From positions 5,394,001 through 5,458,000 of the forward strand of contig CM035353.1 in the NCBI GenBank assembly GCA_020137815.1: 64,000 nucleotides of DNA, read 5' to 3'. Positions within the stretch are counted from its first letter, which is position 1. Each line of letters starts with the position of its first letter. This document shows positions 39,163-51,492 of the stretch, piece by piece. The DNA is from Hormiphora californensis. Its lineage: Eukaryota > Animalia > Ctenophora. The translations under genes were made by a program, and so were the position numbers. The notes under the pieces were generated by a model. It was given only the letters and a program-made list of their open reading frames with translations. It made no database searches and was not told the origin of the DNA.

Positions 39163-41734
39163 TTAATATACATGATGGAAGTTCGGTTCCTTTCTATATG
39201 AAGTGTTCAGGAAGTCTGCTAGTACATTTACAAGGCTATTGATGTGACGTGTTATAGTATATACGTGGGAAAGCCGGAACTATGGGCAGAAGCTTTTGTA
39301 ATTGTATTTTGCCATACTGAAGATTCGCAGCTATGTTTTCCTTGAACTGCTTTCCTTGATCTGTCTACGGTAATTTTGATATATCACCAATGACAAGTTT
39401 CATTTCATCAACGCGACATGCTATAGTTTGCTCCGTTAATTAGCCGTAATTTAGTATCTCTCAGAAATAGTTTAGATCATGCCATAATTCGGAAGACTGA
39501 AAAATTGAGTCTAATAAATCTAAATGTATACCAAACATTCTCTAAAATCAGTTTATCTGCAAGATTATGTACCCGAGAATTCAGAATTAGTATAATTATT
39601 GTTACTTTGCGTGCTTCTCTCTTCTTGCTTACATTAATATCATCATAATTACCATGATCATAATATATGAAACACATATGCACCGTCGCTCAACCGCACG
39701 GCCGATGCTTGTAGTATATAATTTGCTAGGATTGATTTCCTGCTTATGCAGCCTCGGACTTGATCGATATTATTATCAGAGCACCAATGAGATATTAGAC
39801 ATAAACTTAGATGAAATTAAACTTTTATAATGTTGCTACCGGCACTCGAATTATACCTTTATTCACCTCGATCATTCGATTTTGAGGAGATTTTGTTTTC
39901 CAAATCCCCTTTAAGATTAAAGGGTTTAAAAACCGCTTAAATGACGTTTATAAGGGTGAATAAAGGGGCCGTGAAAAAGTCACACGTTAAAAAAAATAGA
40001 GTTTTGGGAGATATGAAAGGGAGAGACTGAGAGAAAGAACAGGAGAGAAAAGAGAAAGAAGAAGGGAAGACAAGAGAGATGAGAGAGCGGAGAGGAGAGA
40101 AGATAGAGAATTATAGTGAGCAGTACTTCTAAATGCGCTCCCGTATTACCTCCTCATTTTGCTTTATTAAGAGTCTCTAGACTCGAGACGCATCTCTCAT
40201 CCTCTACTCTATCCACCGTCGCTCGTTATTCTTTGGATGCAATTCATTCGCCGAGAAATTAGATTAGGGACAGAGAGAAGAAGAGAGGGCAGAACAGAGA
40301 CCAGGAGTATAAAGAAGTATCATGATTGGGAGTTAGAGTAGAGAGAGTAGAAAGGTAGCGAGATAAAAGACTGAGAAAAACGTTGATCCGATGCTTTTGG
40401 GTTAATGATGCAGGTAAAGGGGAAAGACCATGTCGACCCTATTGCACCTGGTTCACGCTCAGCTAATAAGCTAAGGAAATCTCTGAATCCTGTTTCTGCA
40501 GATCAGAGAAGGGAGAATGTCGATTCCTATTCGCACCGGGACCCAGCTCAGAGGATGAGGTTAATATAATGTAAAAATTTCCCTCCAAGAGATGATAAGA
40601 TCTGTTACATTAATCTAAGCTCATAAATTTTAATAGATTAATTGAGTCAATTATCATAAATTTTAAATATCATGTGTCAAATTGAACTTATAATATTGGT
40701 CAAATATAGAATTTAAAAATACATGTTGTCATTGAAAAAGATATAGCGATATATGTTAGCATTTATTGCTTTATAAAATAAAGCTTTCATGTATCGCCTA
40801 CATTAAGTTACAATACTGATCTCTTCTCAAATCAAAAACTGGCCTAATTAAAGAACGCCTTATAGGGGCTTGTTTTCAGGTTTTATATAATGGCCCCATT
40901 TGGCACCATTGTACAGTGGAACAAGGCGAATGCAGGTTTATTATGCATGGAATATGCACATTTTCCAGAGAGACTACATTATGAAATAGAGGGAAAATAT
41001 CGGAAAAAAGAAGGGATGAGAAGAGAAGGGATACATCGCCCTAGAGCTGGGAGAGAGCCCTCTCTACTCGCTTCTCTCCGCTCCTCTCGCTCCTCTCTCC
41101 TCCTCGACTCTCTCTCTTCTTCTCTCTCTCTCCTGCTCTTCTGAGGTCGCGGCGCCGGCTCTTCGCCGCGGCATGGCTCCGCGGCCTCTCCGAGCCTCGC
41201 GCGCGCGGGGTTTCTATGGTTGGCCCAGACTCCAATCAGTCGCCTCTTTGATCGTACAGCGTTCCTTTGATCCTGCTCTCTCTTATCTCTCTTCGGCTGC
41301 TCTCCCCTCTCACTTTCAAATCTCTCCTTTTTTAGCTCTTCCCTGACGCAATCTAGCAGTGTGGTGGAGCGAATAGAGAAAGAGAGACTTGGCCTGGCTT
41401 CTCTCATACTTATAAGCTTGTCCTTGGTCCTCTCCTCCTCCCTAGAATAGCTCCCATTTGAACCACAAGATGTGTAGTCTTCGCAGATGGAGCTTGCTGC
41501 AGTTGGTACTTGGTGCACTCGTCCCTATCCTCCAATGCAGTTCGCTCATGGGGCTGCAATTTTGCAGTTGGAGCATAGGATTTAAGCAGCCAGTACTATT
41601 ACCCCTTTCCTTGCTGTATTATACTAGGAACGTATACATATATATAATACAGGAAACGCATCTGATCCTCCCCATGTTTTATAGTTTGTCACCTGTACCA
41701 TTTTAATTTACAAGCTGGGTACTTTTTAGGAACT

Positions 41735-41810
<76 letters not shown>

Positions 41811-43949
41811 ACCTCCATCACAACCTTTCCCAATATCCGTCTCCCCTTTGTTGTATTAATAAAATACGTAGGGTGAAATCAGAAATCTGAAACAATTCAA
41901 CTCGAGCTTGATATGAAGCAGAGCGGCATCACACATGCTGTTTCTTGGATTCCTTCCATGTCTACTTTAGATGTGGCAGTCAGCTATTATAATAACCCTG
42001 TGATGCGTAACTGTATATGTTATCATAGCGCTGGCAAGCGCCCGGGGCCCAATCCTCCCTCCCCTCAACCATCCTTCCATTTTCCAAGCATTCTTGCTTC
42101 CATTGAATGGAAAATCGAAATTGCGAAAAAAAAAATTTTTGAATTTTTTGAAAATTTTTGAAAATTTTGACAGCGCTACTATACTTATTGTCTGAAATCG
42201 GCAATTTCAACTTTGTTTTAGACAACCTTCCCGTTGTCCTACGAACTTGTCGCTTGGTAGTTCGTGTTGCCTTGACACATAGAGCACACGTTCAAAATTT
42301 CATGCAAATCGGAGTTACGGTTTTTACGTTACAGAGGGTCGTATTTTAGACAAAATGTCCGTTTTTCGCGTCACGAACGACCGTAAAATAACCACTTTTT
42401 TGCGTACACAATAGAGGCCACAGTTTTAAAGCTATCACCATGAAACTTTGGGAGTCGGTAGGTCTACTGGTGTACCTTGTATTAAAGCTTGGACAGAGAA
42501 AACGGACAGTCATAACAAAAGTTATGACTGTCTTAAGTTTTCTTTGGCGTTTAAGACGGCCTTCCCGTCGTTCTACCAATACGCCGCTTGGTACGCGGTG
42601 TTGCCTTGACATCTTGAACACACGTTCAAGCAAATCCGAGTTGCGGTTCGTCAGTTACGGGTATCTGACTGTATTAAGATTTAAGACGATTTTCAAAAAA
42701 ACCTCGAAAAGAGCAAATTAAACTACAAATCATGATTTTATCATATATATTTTGCCAAAGTATGCCAACTGCTGTATTTTCAGGTATAATTGGTAGTCAT
42801 ATCTAGATTTATGACTGTCTTAAATTTAAGACGATTTTAAAAAAACCTAGAAAGAAGCGATTCAGAGTCTAAATTAACATTGAATCAGATTTATTTTATA
42901 AAATTAGGTTTATTGCCGCATTTTCAGTTACAATTGGTAGTCATATCTAGAGTTATGACTGTCTTAAATATACGACGATTTTAAAAATCACTGAGAAAAG
43001 AGCGAATTAGCACCTAGAACCTGATTATATCAGATATATCTGATTATCAATGCTTATCCGTGCGATAATTATCCGTGACTAATAATCAAAATCATAGAAC
43101 AATCGCGGAGAACCAATCGCGAATATATCAAATGCTGCCCTGCCAGAAATAGATGGTCCATATAGGTCAATATTAGCTCAATTAACGGGGCTATATCGTG
43201 CAAAATTACATTGTGGATTGGGCGATTTATTGATCAATACAGGTCCGTATTGTGCCCAATATATTGGCCAAATTGAGCAATATACCGTGGAATATATTGA
43301 ACAAATGTGGTCCAAATGCGCGCGCATCCGTGGTGCTGAAACGTTGTACTCTCAACATCTCAAATACTGTGCGCGCTCCCGTACCATGAGGAGCGGCGTC
43401 CCAAAATACGCTGGCCGACTGCTGCACCCAATAACGATTTGAAACCAACGTTATACTTGTTACTTTCGTAACCCTCGCTCACGCAAGCCGGCTCAGCGTT
43501 TACAAAAGAGGGTCGCGCAATCTGACAACGTTATACGAACCAATTGTCGTATGCACTTACCGAGTGTAGGAAAACTTCCACTTACTGAAAATTGTACTTG
43601 CCATGTTCGAACCTCTCTTCCCCTAATGGAATAAAAGTTTTTATTTGGATGTAGTTCTTGTTTAATTGGTTGCTGTGTGTTTGTTAGAAATGTGGTAAAG
43701 AAGCACATAATATGATATATAATATATACATATACAGTCGGACCACGATTTAACGGCACCTTGGGGAACATTTTTGTCCGTGTTAAATCATACTTTGGGA
43801 TGACTGCGAGAGTAATGGGGGATCCAAGCGTAAGAACTGCACATCTCATGAGTTTCCCCAAAACAACATACACTATAGAATTGTTTTGGTTCACACCACG
43901 AGCTTTATTGGTCGTCTGCAAAAACAACATGACGTACAAACGTACGTAC

Positions 43950-45638
43950 CCTTTGCTGATGTTCTAATGGTCATTGCCTGTCTGTACCCCGATAATACTG
44001 AAGAATCCACAATCTCTCCCAGAATAGTCTGGAGCAGTGACCACCGTGACATTCAATATCTTGGAGATAACTTTGTTTTAATTTCAGACAACTGACAACA
44101 AGTCATAAGATCTGTATTGGTAGGTCACGTGACTGGTTCTATCAACCATGCAGGGAAGTATTTCCTGTAACCAGGCAGCTCCTTTAGCTTAAGCCTGTCT
44201 CGAATGATGTTATCAAGTTCTTGGTGAAAGACACGATCTAGCTCCAAACCGCATTACCCAGTGATGAGAAGATCTGAGAGGCTACGCCAGACAGACACGG
44301 ACATCTAGCAGTTGGTTGGGCCTGAAATCGCTGGATGGAGTGGATAATTAGCTAACCATGGTAACCTGGACCCGCGCAACATTAGCACTTGTTTGGGCTG
44401 GAGGGGAGTGGGAAGTGGCTAGTTGAGTGTCTACATCCATGGTACGTCAAATGTGTAACACCATGAGATCACATTGTTGATAATCCAATGGTATAACAAT
44501 GTACCACACAATGGTCAACACACAGGGTAAACAATGGATACACAATGCGTAACACATGTTAAACAACCTGCACCTGTGTAACACCAATAATTACCTCAGG
44601 TGTAAAAAGTAGTACAATACGTCATTGCCCCTCCAGGTTCAACTCCCCGAAAACACATAATCAGAACAACTTAGGGTGAGCAGTTGACGAGAAATATACA
44701 ACCTGAATAGAGAGATAGAAGTAAACAACCCACAATCACTCGTTATTTAGGTCACCACTCGTCATCAGCCATCCCAGTCCCAGACGCGCTTAGAAAGCTG
44801 ACTTATACTTTTCAGAGTGTTGCGATACCCCGGGCAATGCACACGAAGATGGTAACCCCATGCAATAACGAGGACAGTTATAACAAGGGTCGGGTTAAAG
44901 TCCCTATTCCGATAGTTTGTTTTTTTATGCCGAAGTCCATTGAGTACCTCCACAAAACGAGCTGGGTAGTGCGATGACCTAGACGTGACCCACACAGTAA
45001 CCAAGCAAACATTCCGAATCTTATTTACGGTCCGGTATTTTTTGTCACCCAACATGGACCAATATTTCTTCTACTCTCTCACCAGTAAAAACTGTGTCCT
45101 GTCTGTATCTCATCAGAGCAGGTATGGTTGGCTCAGGGGGTCAGCCACGGTAATGGATCAACAAATGACTCAATAAGATCGTCAGGAGATATCGGATTTA
45201 ATAACACACCCATCGGAACTTGTATTTTAGGTCACGTGAATGGTTTATCACCCAATCAGGGTCCGTATTTCATGGCACATACCTTATGATCCACATTATT
45301 ATCATAGTTGTAGTAGAGCAACATAAAGCACACACTGCCATAGTACACCCCCACAGTCCACACCAACCAACGCCTGTGGATGTGCATGCGAGAAGGGGAG
45401 GATTAGAGTCAGGCACGCGACCGAAACAAGTAAACGAACCAATCAGACTCGTTTATTAAGGTCACGTGACTGGTTATCAGCCAATCAGGGACCAGTATCG
45501 GGGTACACAGATATAGTCATATGTACCTTCATAGAGCCAGTTCACCTCTATTAAAGTGGTTCTCAATGGCCAGTTCTAAACAGAAGAGAGGTAGTCCCTC
45601 TACCAGTACCATCACGATGTATGGAACAGGAAGGCGCG
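43950..45638 (-). pseudogene. SLC6: Captured SLC6 (neurotransmitter:sodium symporter) gene fragment, TM2-TM7, with introns
   Basis: Exons in correct order: 45638-45527 AFL/PYIVMVLVEGLPLFCLELAI (TM2); 45373-45283 CFMLLYYN/MIIMWII (TM3); ~45185-45030 LIESFVDPLPWLT (EL2); ~44979-44808 FNPTLVITVLVIAW/TIFVCIARGIAT (TM4); 44702-44595 VVYFSST...LEGAM...FTPE (TM5); ~44330-44195 (TM6); ~44070-43950 (TM7). Many indels; no TM1 or TM8-12 seen. Confidence 0.88.
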
Positions 45639-46399
45639 CTGATAAAATGAAAGGGAGTACATGGATGTTCTAGGTTGGTTAAATATCAAAAAACTGGTAA
45701 AAATTACAGACTTTATTAAATAAGGGTGACAAAAGCCAACAACCCGCACACCTAAAGTGAAAATGGTGAGCACGCCACTGTTACCTTCAATAGTAACCTC
45801 TGTTCGTTAAAACGGTGAAACTAGCCCCTGAGGGTTGAGATAAATTGCCCATAGTATCTGGTGTTATCTACAACTGCTTTGTTGTTACTGATATCGTCCA
45901 CTATGATAACATGTGCTATAGAGATTACATAGGACGAATTAGGAAAGGGAAATTTTTTAATTGGTGTTTTGAAGGATGTCATATATGTACAATTATAACA
46001 CCACGGATATTGTTAAAAAATGATTGTGTTCATAGGAAAATGTGTTTTGAGACTCTTGAGACCAGAACAAAAGCTCCAGAGACTGAGCACGCAGATTATA
46101 CTTCATAGAAATATATATATTGTAGAAAAAAAACAAGGACTATGCAAAAACACTTCCAGTTCAACAGTGCACAAATCCTCTCCAACACTCAATTTACCAC
46201 TGGTAACGTAAACCCAGTAATACAATACAACTTATAATTATAGCTAGATAGTAGATTATTATATTCGTTATACATATTCGTTATACATCATATAATAAAC
46301 AACCGGCAACCATTAACCATTTAACAGCTTAATGGTCAAGCATATTAACACGACGGAATATGCAACTGTTCAAATTGGAAAGCAGGGAGCAAAGCTCCC

Positions 46400-47540
46400 A
46401 ACCTTACTGTAATCTCCAGGTGAAAACCTCTTGGTTACAACATAGCTCATAAGCCCATGAGGCACAAAAGGCTCGCCTTTAACTTTCAAACAAACCAGGA
46501 AGAGTTTGTCAAGCTTTAAAAATATTCCGATAACCTTTCAAAACATTGTCTTTGTGGCTATAAATGAAGCTATCGCATTCTTTTTCCACAGATAGCGGAA
46601 ATTTCCGACTTCTACCTCTTGAAGTGGAGTAGATGTGGAATAGCCAAGCTGATTCAGCAGGGGAGTTGTTGGGATTATTTTGCCCCCTTTGAATCTGGCG
46701 GTGGAGAGGCTCGGAGGGCAGGTGACAGCGGGTTGATTGCTCTCACAAACCTCTCCAGTTTTTCAGTTGCCTCCAAACGGTTGAGCCCCATGGCAATTTG
46801 GGCCCACATCATTCGTTCCTGAAGAAAAGATATTTTTATCTCAAGTTAGCTACGTGTTCGTTCCACCATTAAAATAGCGAAATGAATCATATAATCCCGT
46901 AGATCATCAAATAGGCGAAAAAGTCAGATCAAACCCGGATTTTCCATTGCAGTGATCTGAACATATATTATATAATAATCATACCATGGAAGAGAGATAT
47001 TAAGACCTGTTTCTTGATTCAAAAGGGCCATTGTAGTATATGCCTGGGAACCACTTTCTCTAACTGGAGTCCGGAATGTGAACCTGAAAGGGAATGGATT
47101 CGTTAAAAAGATTTCGTAGAATTTCCTGGTAATGGTGATAACTATAGTTATTATAGCCCCTAATTTTTGGGGCAATTATACCATTATACCATTTGGTGGA
47201 GGTTAAAAGTGCATACTTTTCAGTGTAGATGTTTGGTACACTGTCACAAACTCGTGCAAGTATTTCGCCCTGTCTAATCCCTTCTGTCCACAGTATCCCT
47301 GAAACGATTCTTTCGGGTGACATACGTCTCTCTTTCTCTCTATCTGGTATATCGCGCGACTGGCAAGAGTTTATAGCCCATTATATTATCTTTTCATACT
47401 TACATCGACAACAGCACCAGTGATTAACCAGCAGCAAGCCAATGCCTTCCAACCGAAATGGAAACCTTCACGGATCTGTTTCTTGAGCTTCATCAGTGAG
47501 GCCGGGATAACGTAGAAGATGAATTGACACCATTCACGGG
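46400..47540 (-). pseudogene. Degenerate, spliced C-terminal half of a CACTA/EnSpm transposase
   Basis: Exon 47540-47404 encodes AREWCQFIFYVIPASLMKL (cf. the KAxEWxxFLLYxxPxxL motif). Exon ~47298-47217: LDRAKYL/EFV/SVPNIYTEK. Exon ~47083-46985: VRESGSQAYTTM/PFESRNR/ISLFHG. Exon from 46819: GTNDV/QIAMGLNRL (cf. FPFESxNxxLxxLFHGTxxxxxQIA). Several frameshifts. Confidence 0.75.
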
Positions 47541-47604
47541 CTGAAATAAAAACGTGTTTTCTAAAATATAAAAGACTATGCCTAAATTTTTGTTAACTGG
47601 TCAT

Positions 47605-47955
47605 CGGCCAGCTAGGTACCCACGTGTCTGGTCTGCGGCAGCCTCTCAGATCTTCTACTCACTGGGTATCGGGTTTGGAGCTAGATCGTGTCTTTCACCA
47701 AGAACTGGTGATACATCATTCGAGACAGGTTAGCAAAGGAGCTGCCGGATTCAGGAAATACTTGTCCCTGATTGGTTGATAACCAGTCACGTGACCTAAA
47801 TACAGATTTCTGATTGGTTGTCAGTTTCTGAAATTAAAACAAGTTCCTCCCTATCATTATCACGGTGGTCAACTGCTCCACGACTATTCTGGAGGACTTG
47901 TGATTTTCAGTATTATCGGGTACAGACAGGCAATGACACATGTAGAAATCAGCAA
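47605..47955 (+). pseudogene. SLC6: Inverted second copy of the SLC6 TM6 and TM7 exons inside the right arm
   Basis: 47626-47679 reads VWSAAASQIFYSLGIGFG (SLC6 TM6 signature). About 47850-47955 reads IIITVVNCSTTIL/GLVIFSIIGYRQAMTHVEISK, followed by a GT donor. Confidence 0.9.
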
Positions 47956-49060
47956 GGTACGTACGTTGTACGTCATGTTTTGCCTAGATCGACCCAATAA
48001 AGCTCGTGGTTTGACACAAACAATCTATAGTTTATTGTTTTCTGGGGAACTCATAGATTTGCAGTTCTTAACTCTTGCATCCCCATTACTCTCCAGTCTC
48101 CCCCAATTATGATTTAACGGACAAAACCCTTTTCCCCAAGGGTGCCGTTAAATCGTGGTCCGACTTATATGTATATATTATATATCATATTATGTGCTTC
48201 TTTACCACATTTCTACAAAAACCCACAGCAACCAATTAAACAAGAACACATCCAAATAAAAACTTTTATCCATTAGGGGAAGAGAGGTTCGAACATGGCA
48301 AGTACAATTTTCAGTAAGTGGAAGTTTTCCTACACTCGGTAATGCATACGACAATTGGTTCGTATAACGTTGTCAGATTGCGCGACCCTCTTTTGTAAAC
48401 GCTGAGCCGGCTTGCGTGAGCGAGGGTTACGAAAGTAACAAGTATAACGTTGGTTTCAAATCGTTATTGGGTGCACAGTCGGCCAGCGTATTTTGGGACG
48501 CCGCTCCTCATGGTACGGGAGCGCGCACACAGTATTTGAGAGTTGAGAGTACAACGTTTCAGCACCACGGATGCGCCGCGCATTTGGACCACATTTGTTC
48601 AATATATTCCACGGTATATTGCTCAATTTGGCCATATATTGGGCCAAATACGACCTGTATTGATCAATAAATCGCCCAATCCACAATGTAATTTGTGCAC
48701 GATATATGCCCCGTTAATTGAGCTAATATTGACCTATATGGACCACCTATTTCTGGCAGGGTGATAACTAATCAATAATAGTAATCGCGGATAACTAACC
48801 ACGATAACTTATCGCGAATAGCTAATCGCGATAGCTTATAATACTTATAACGGATTCGTGATCAGCTATCCGCGATTGGTTATCAGTGATTACTATAATA
48901 TATTAGATATTCGCAATTGATATCCGAAATTGGATTTCTGCGATTATTATGAGGCAACCTACGATTGAAAAAGTCCGTGAATCCCCAATCGTTTAATCGC
49001 GTTTATTAAATACAGCTAGTATTACAAAATGCATGTCGTAGTATAACAAAATGCCTGATA

Positions 49061-49511
49061 CTAGATCCAAAAACCAAACAAGTTTGGTGGATAGCCGGGG
49101 CCGCATAAATTAAAAAACGTGCGAAAGTTTTGATACATGAACTTTCGGGGCCTGGGGTGCTGTTAAATTCGTGTTTCCATGATATAATAGTCAGCCGTTC
49201 ATTCAAAGCATACTATTATTCTGTAAAACAGACTCTGGAACGACCCAATGGCCACTGTGCGCAGTACATTATATGTGACATGTGTTGATCTGTATGTTTG
49301 ATTATGCGGAATAAAAAATAATGATAATTTGATCATTGCGAAAGTTTCCTAATTCCTAGCGTATAGTTTGAAAATGTTGCTGGTTATAATCATGGAAACG
49401 CGAATTTAACAGCACCCCAGGCCCCGAAAGTTCATGTATCAAAACTTTCGCACGTTTTTTAATTTATGCGGCCCCGGCTATCCACCAAACTTGTTTGGTT
49501 TTTGGATCTAG
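49061..49511. mobile_element. MITE with ~125-bp TIRs and TA target duplication
   Basis: TA|CTAGATCCAAAAACCAAACAAGTTTGG...CCAAACTTGTTTGGTTTTTGGATCTAG|TA. Confidence 0.85.
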
Positions 49512-51492
49512 TACTGTCTTTCATAAACGCCACAAAATGGTGATCAGCTCCTCTTTCGGTGTAACACCTTTGCATTCAAATGATGCTCTAATCGATCCGT
49601 ATCCCTTCCGTTCGATTGATTAACGATTGATATCAATTGTTAATCAATCGTAAATCAATCGAACGTCGAACTAAATTTTAGTAGGGTACCTGTCCATATC
49701 CATGCCTGTTCTCTACCACGACTGAATTATTGATCTTTCCCTTTTTCAAGCGATTTTTTTCAAGAGAAAAATTGTTTGACTATCAATCTTCCACTGTCTT
49801 CACCACAACTTGCTTAGAAAACCGCAAAATATGATGTGAGGTTTCCCCTGAGATCTTTACTTTGTCTGCCGCGGATTGTGGCTAAACCGAGAACAGATAA
49901 TTTTAAGATTTTTAGGATACGAACATCGTTTTCGACTTTTCGGCTCCGTCGTTAAGTTACGTCTAACCATGAAGAACTCATTCCTGTCTGTGTTCCTCGG
50001 ATCTAAATCATATTGATATTTTTTGACAGGGTGTAATAAGTTTCTGTGTACTCCGCCATGGATAGTAATGACCGTGTGTGTATATTTAATTGACTCTCCC
50101 CCCCCCCCCACCTTCATTGTGTACGCTGGCCTCTCTCCACCTGCTATAATAGCTGTCTAATATCAGGGTAGATCGATCTCCAGAGAGAGAGAGAGAGTGG
50201 AAGTTAGCACATGTGCCATCATTTGTTGCAGTGTCTTATCTCTCGGTATTATAGTAACTGGTGGTAGTTGCGTAGAGCATCGCTATATCATTAGTCTTAT
50301 GTACTACTTTTGAAATTTTACAAAAGATTAAAATCAATTTTATAGAAGTTTGTTTATCTTCCATTCTACTGTGCAACAATTGTGTGTATACAATTCAGAT
50401 TACCTAAGGTCCACTTACTAAATTACAAAATTGCTCTCATGTACACACCAATTGTTGCAAACCACACACATGGCTGCGATCTAATTTCGCCATGGCAAAT
50501 TAAACATTTATTGCAGTATCTTAGCAGCTTTGTGTAGCATCTCACCACTGTTATAGTACATAATATCTTATTGAGGTACTAGTAGTAGGTATATCTTATG
50601 TTTATTTGTAGGTGATACATTAAACTTCTTACATCAACTTGATGAAACTTCATGGTCCTCGATAAGCAATTTTTGGTGACATGTTGACACCTGTGTGCGT
50701 GCTGCACTGAGATCCAGCTCTCGCCTCTCACATATGTTAATAAAAAAGTAGTAGTAGGCATGGTGCCATCATGATCATGAAGGTACATTATTTTGGGCAA
50801 ATGATTCTGAAATATGTTCATAAGGTTTGAACGACTGCAAGGTTTTTGATTAACTGTTTTCTCTTTAGATTTTTCATCTGGATTTTTATAGTCTGTGTAA
50901 ACAGCAACAATTTGATGTTATAGTCATTGATCCAAACACCTGTTCTAGTATCGAGCAACGATTTGAGAGAGAGGCGGCTCATGAGCGAGTGTATACACTT
51001 CCTTTAGGGGTGGTAGATACTATTATTAGAGATTTGTTACATACCGTCTATGAGCCAGAGTTGTATGCCAGCCTACAACTCTGACTCATGGATTCTATGA
51101 GCCAGAGTTGCATGAGCCAGAGTTGTAGGTAATCATTTGTGCATACCATTTTTCAACTTCATACTATATAAGTATTGATTGATACGCTTCGACCCTATAT
51201 TCTTTGTGCATCATTATACACAACAATACAAAGTATTGAGCGATTCTATTTCTGTCCAGAGATCTGTAGTTGCTCTCTTTTCCCCAACGTTCACAGTGTG
51301 ACACACACGAATAGAGAGAGGGAGAGCTATTGTACACTTTGTTGGGCACCCTCTATAAACAGTTTCTTCACAGACGCTTTAGAGAACCTTTGATAGCTAG
51401 ATCATCCTTGTACTTTGTGTCTGTATAATCATCCTTATATTTTGTGTCTGTATAATCATTCGTTTGAATTTGAAGTAAAAAGGAGCGTGAAG

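Larger units (their letters stand above)
43138..48761 (-). mobile_element. CACTA/EnSpm (CMC)-type DNA transposon, 5.6 kb, with ~1.15-kb inverted arms and captured host DNA
   Basis: TG|CCCTGCCAGAAATAG...CTATTTCTGGCAGGG|TG, i.e. a 2-bp target duplication and CCC ends. 43138-~44310 is the reverse complement of ~47620-48761. Contains transposase remnants. Confidence 0.85.

Noticed and set aside
40979-41518. 179-aa R/E-rich minus-strand ORF
   Set aside because: Driven largely by CT-rich low complexity; no splice chain or recognisable domain.
43950-45638. An intact resident SLC6 gene
   Set aside because: TM1 and TM8-12 not found, dense frameshifts, and fully enclosed by transposon ends.
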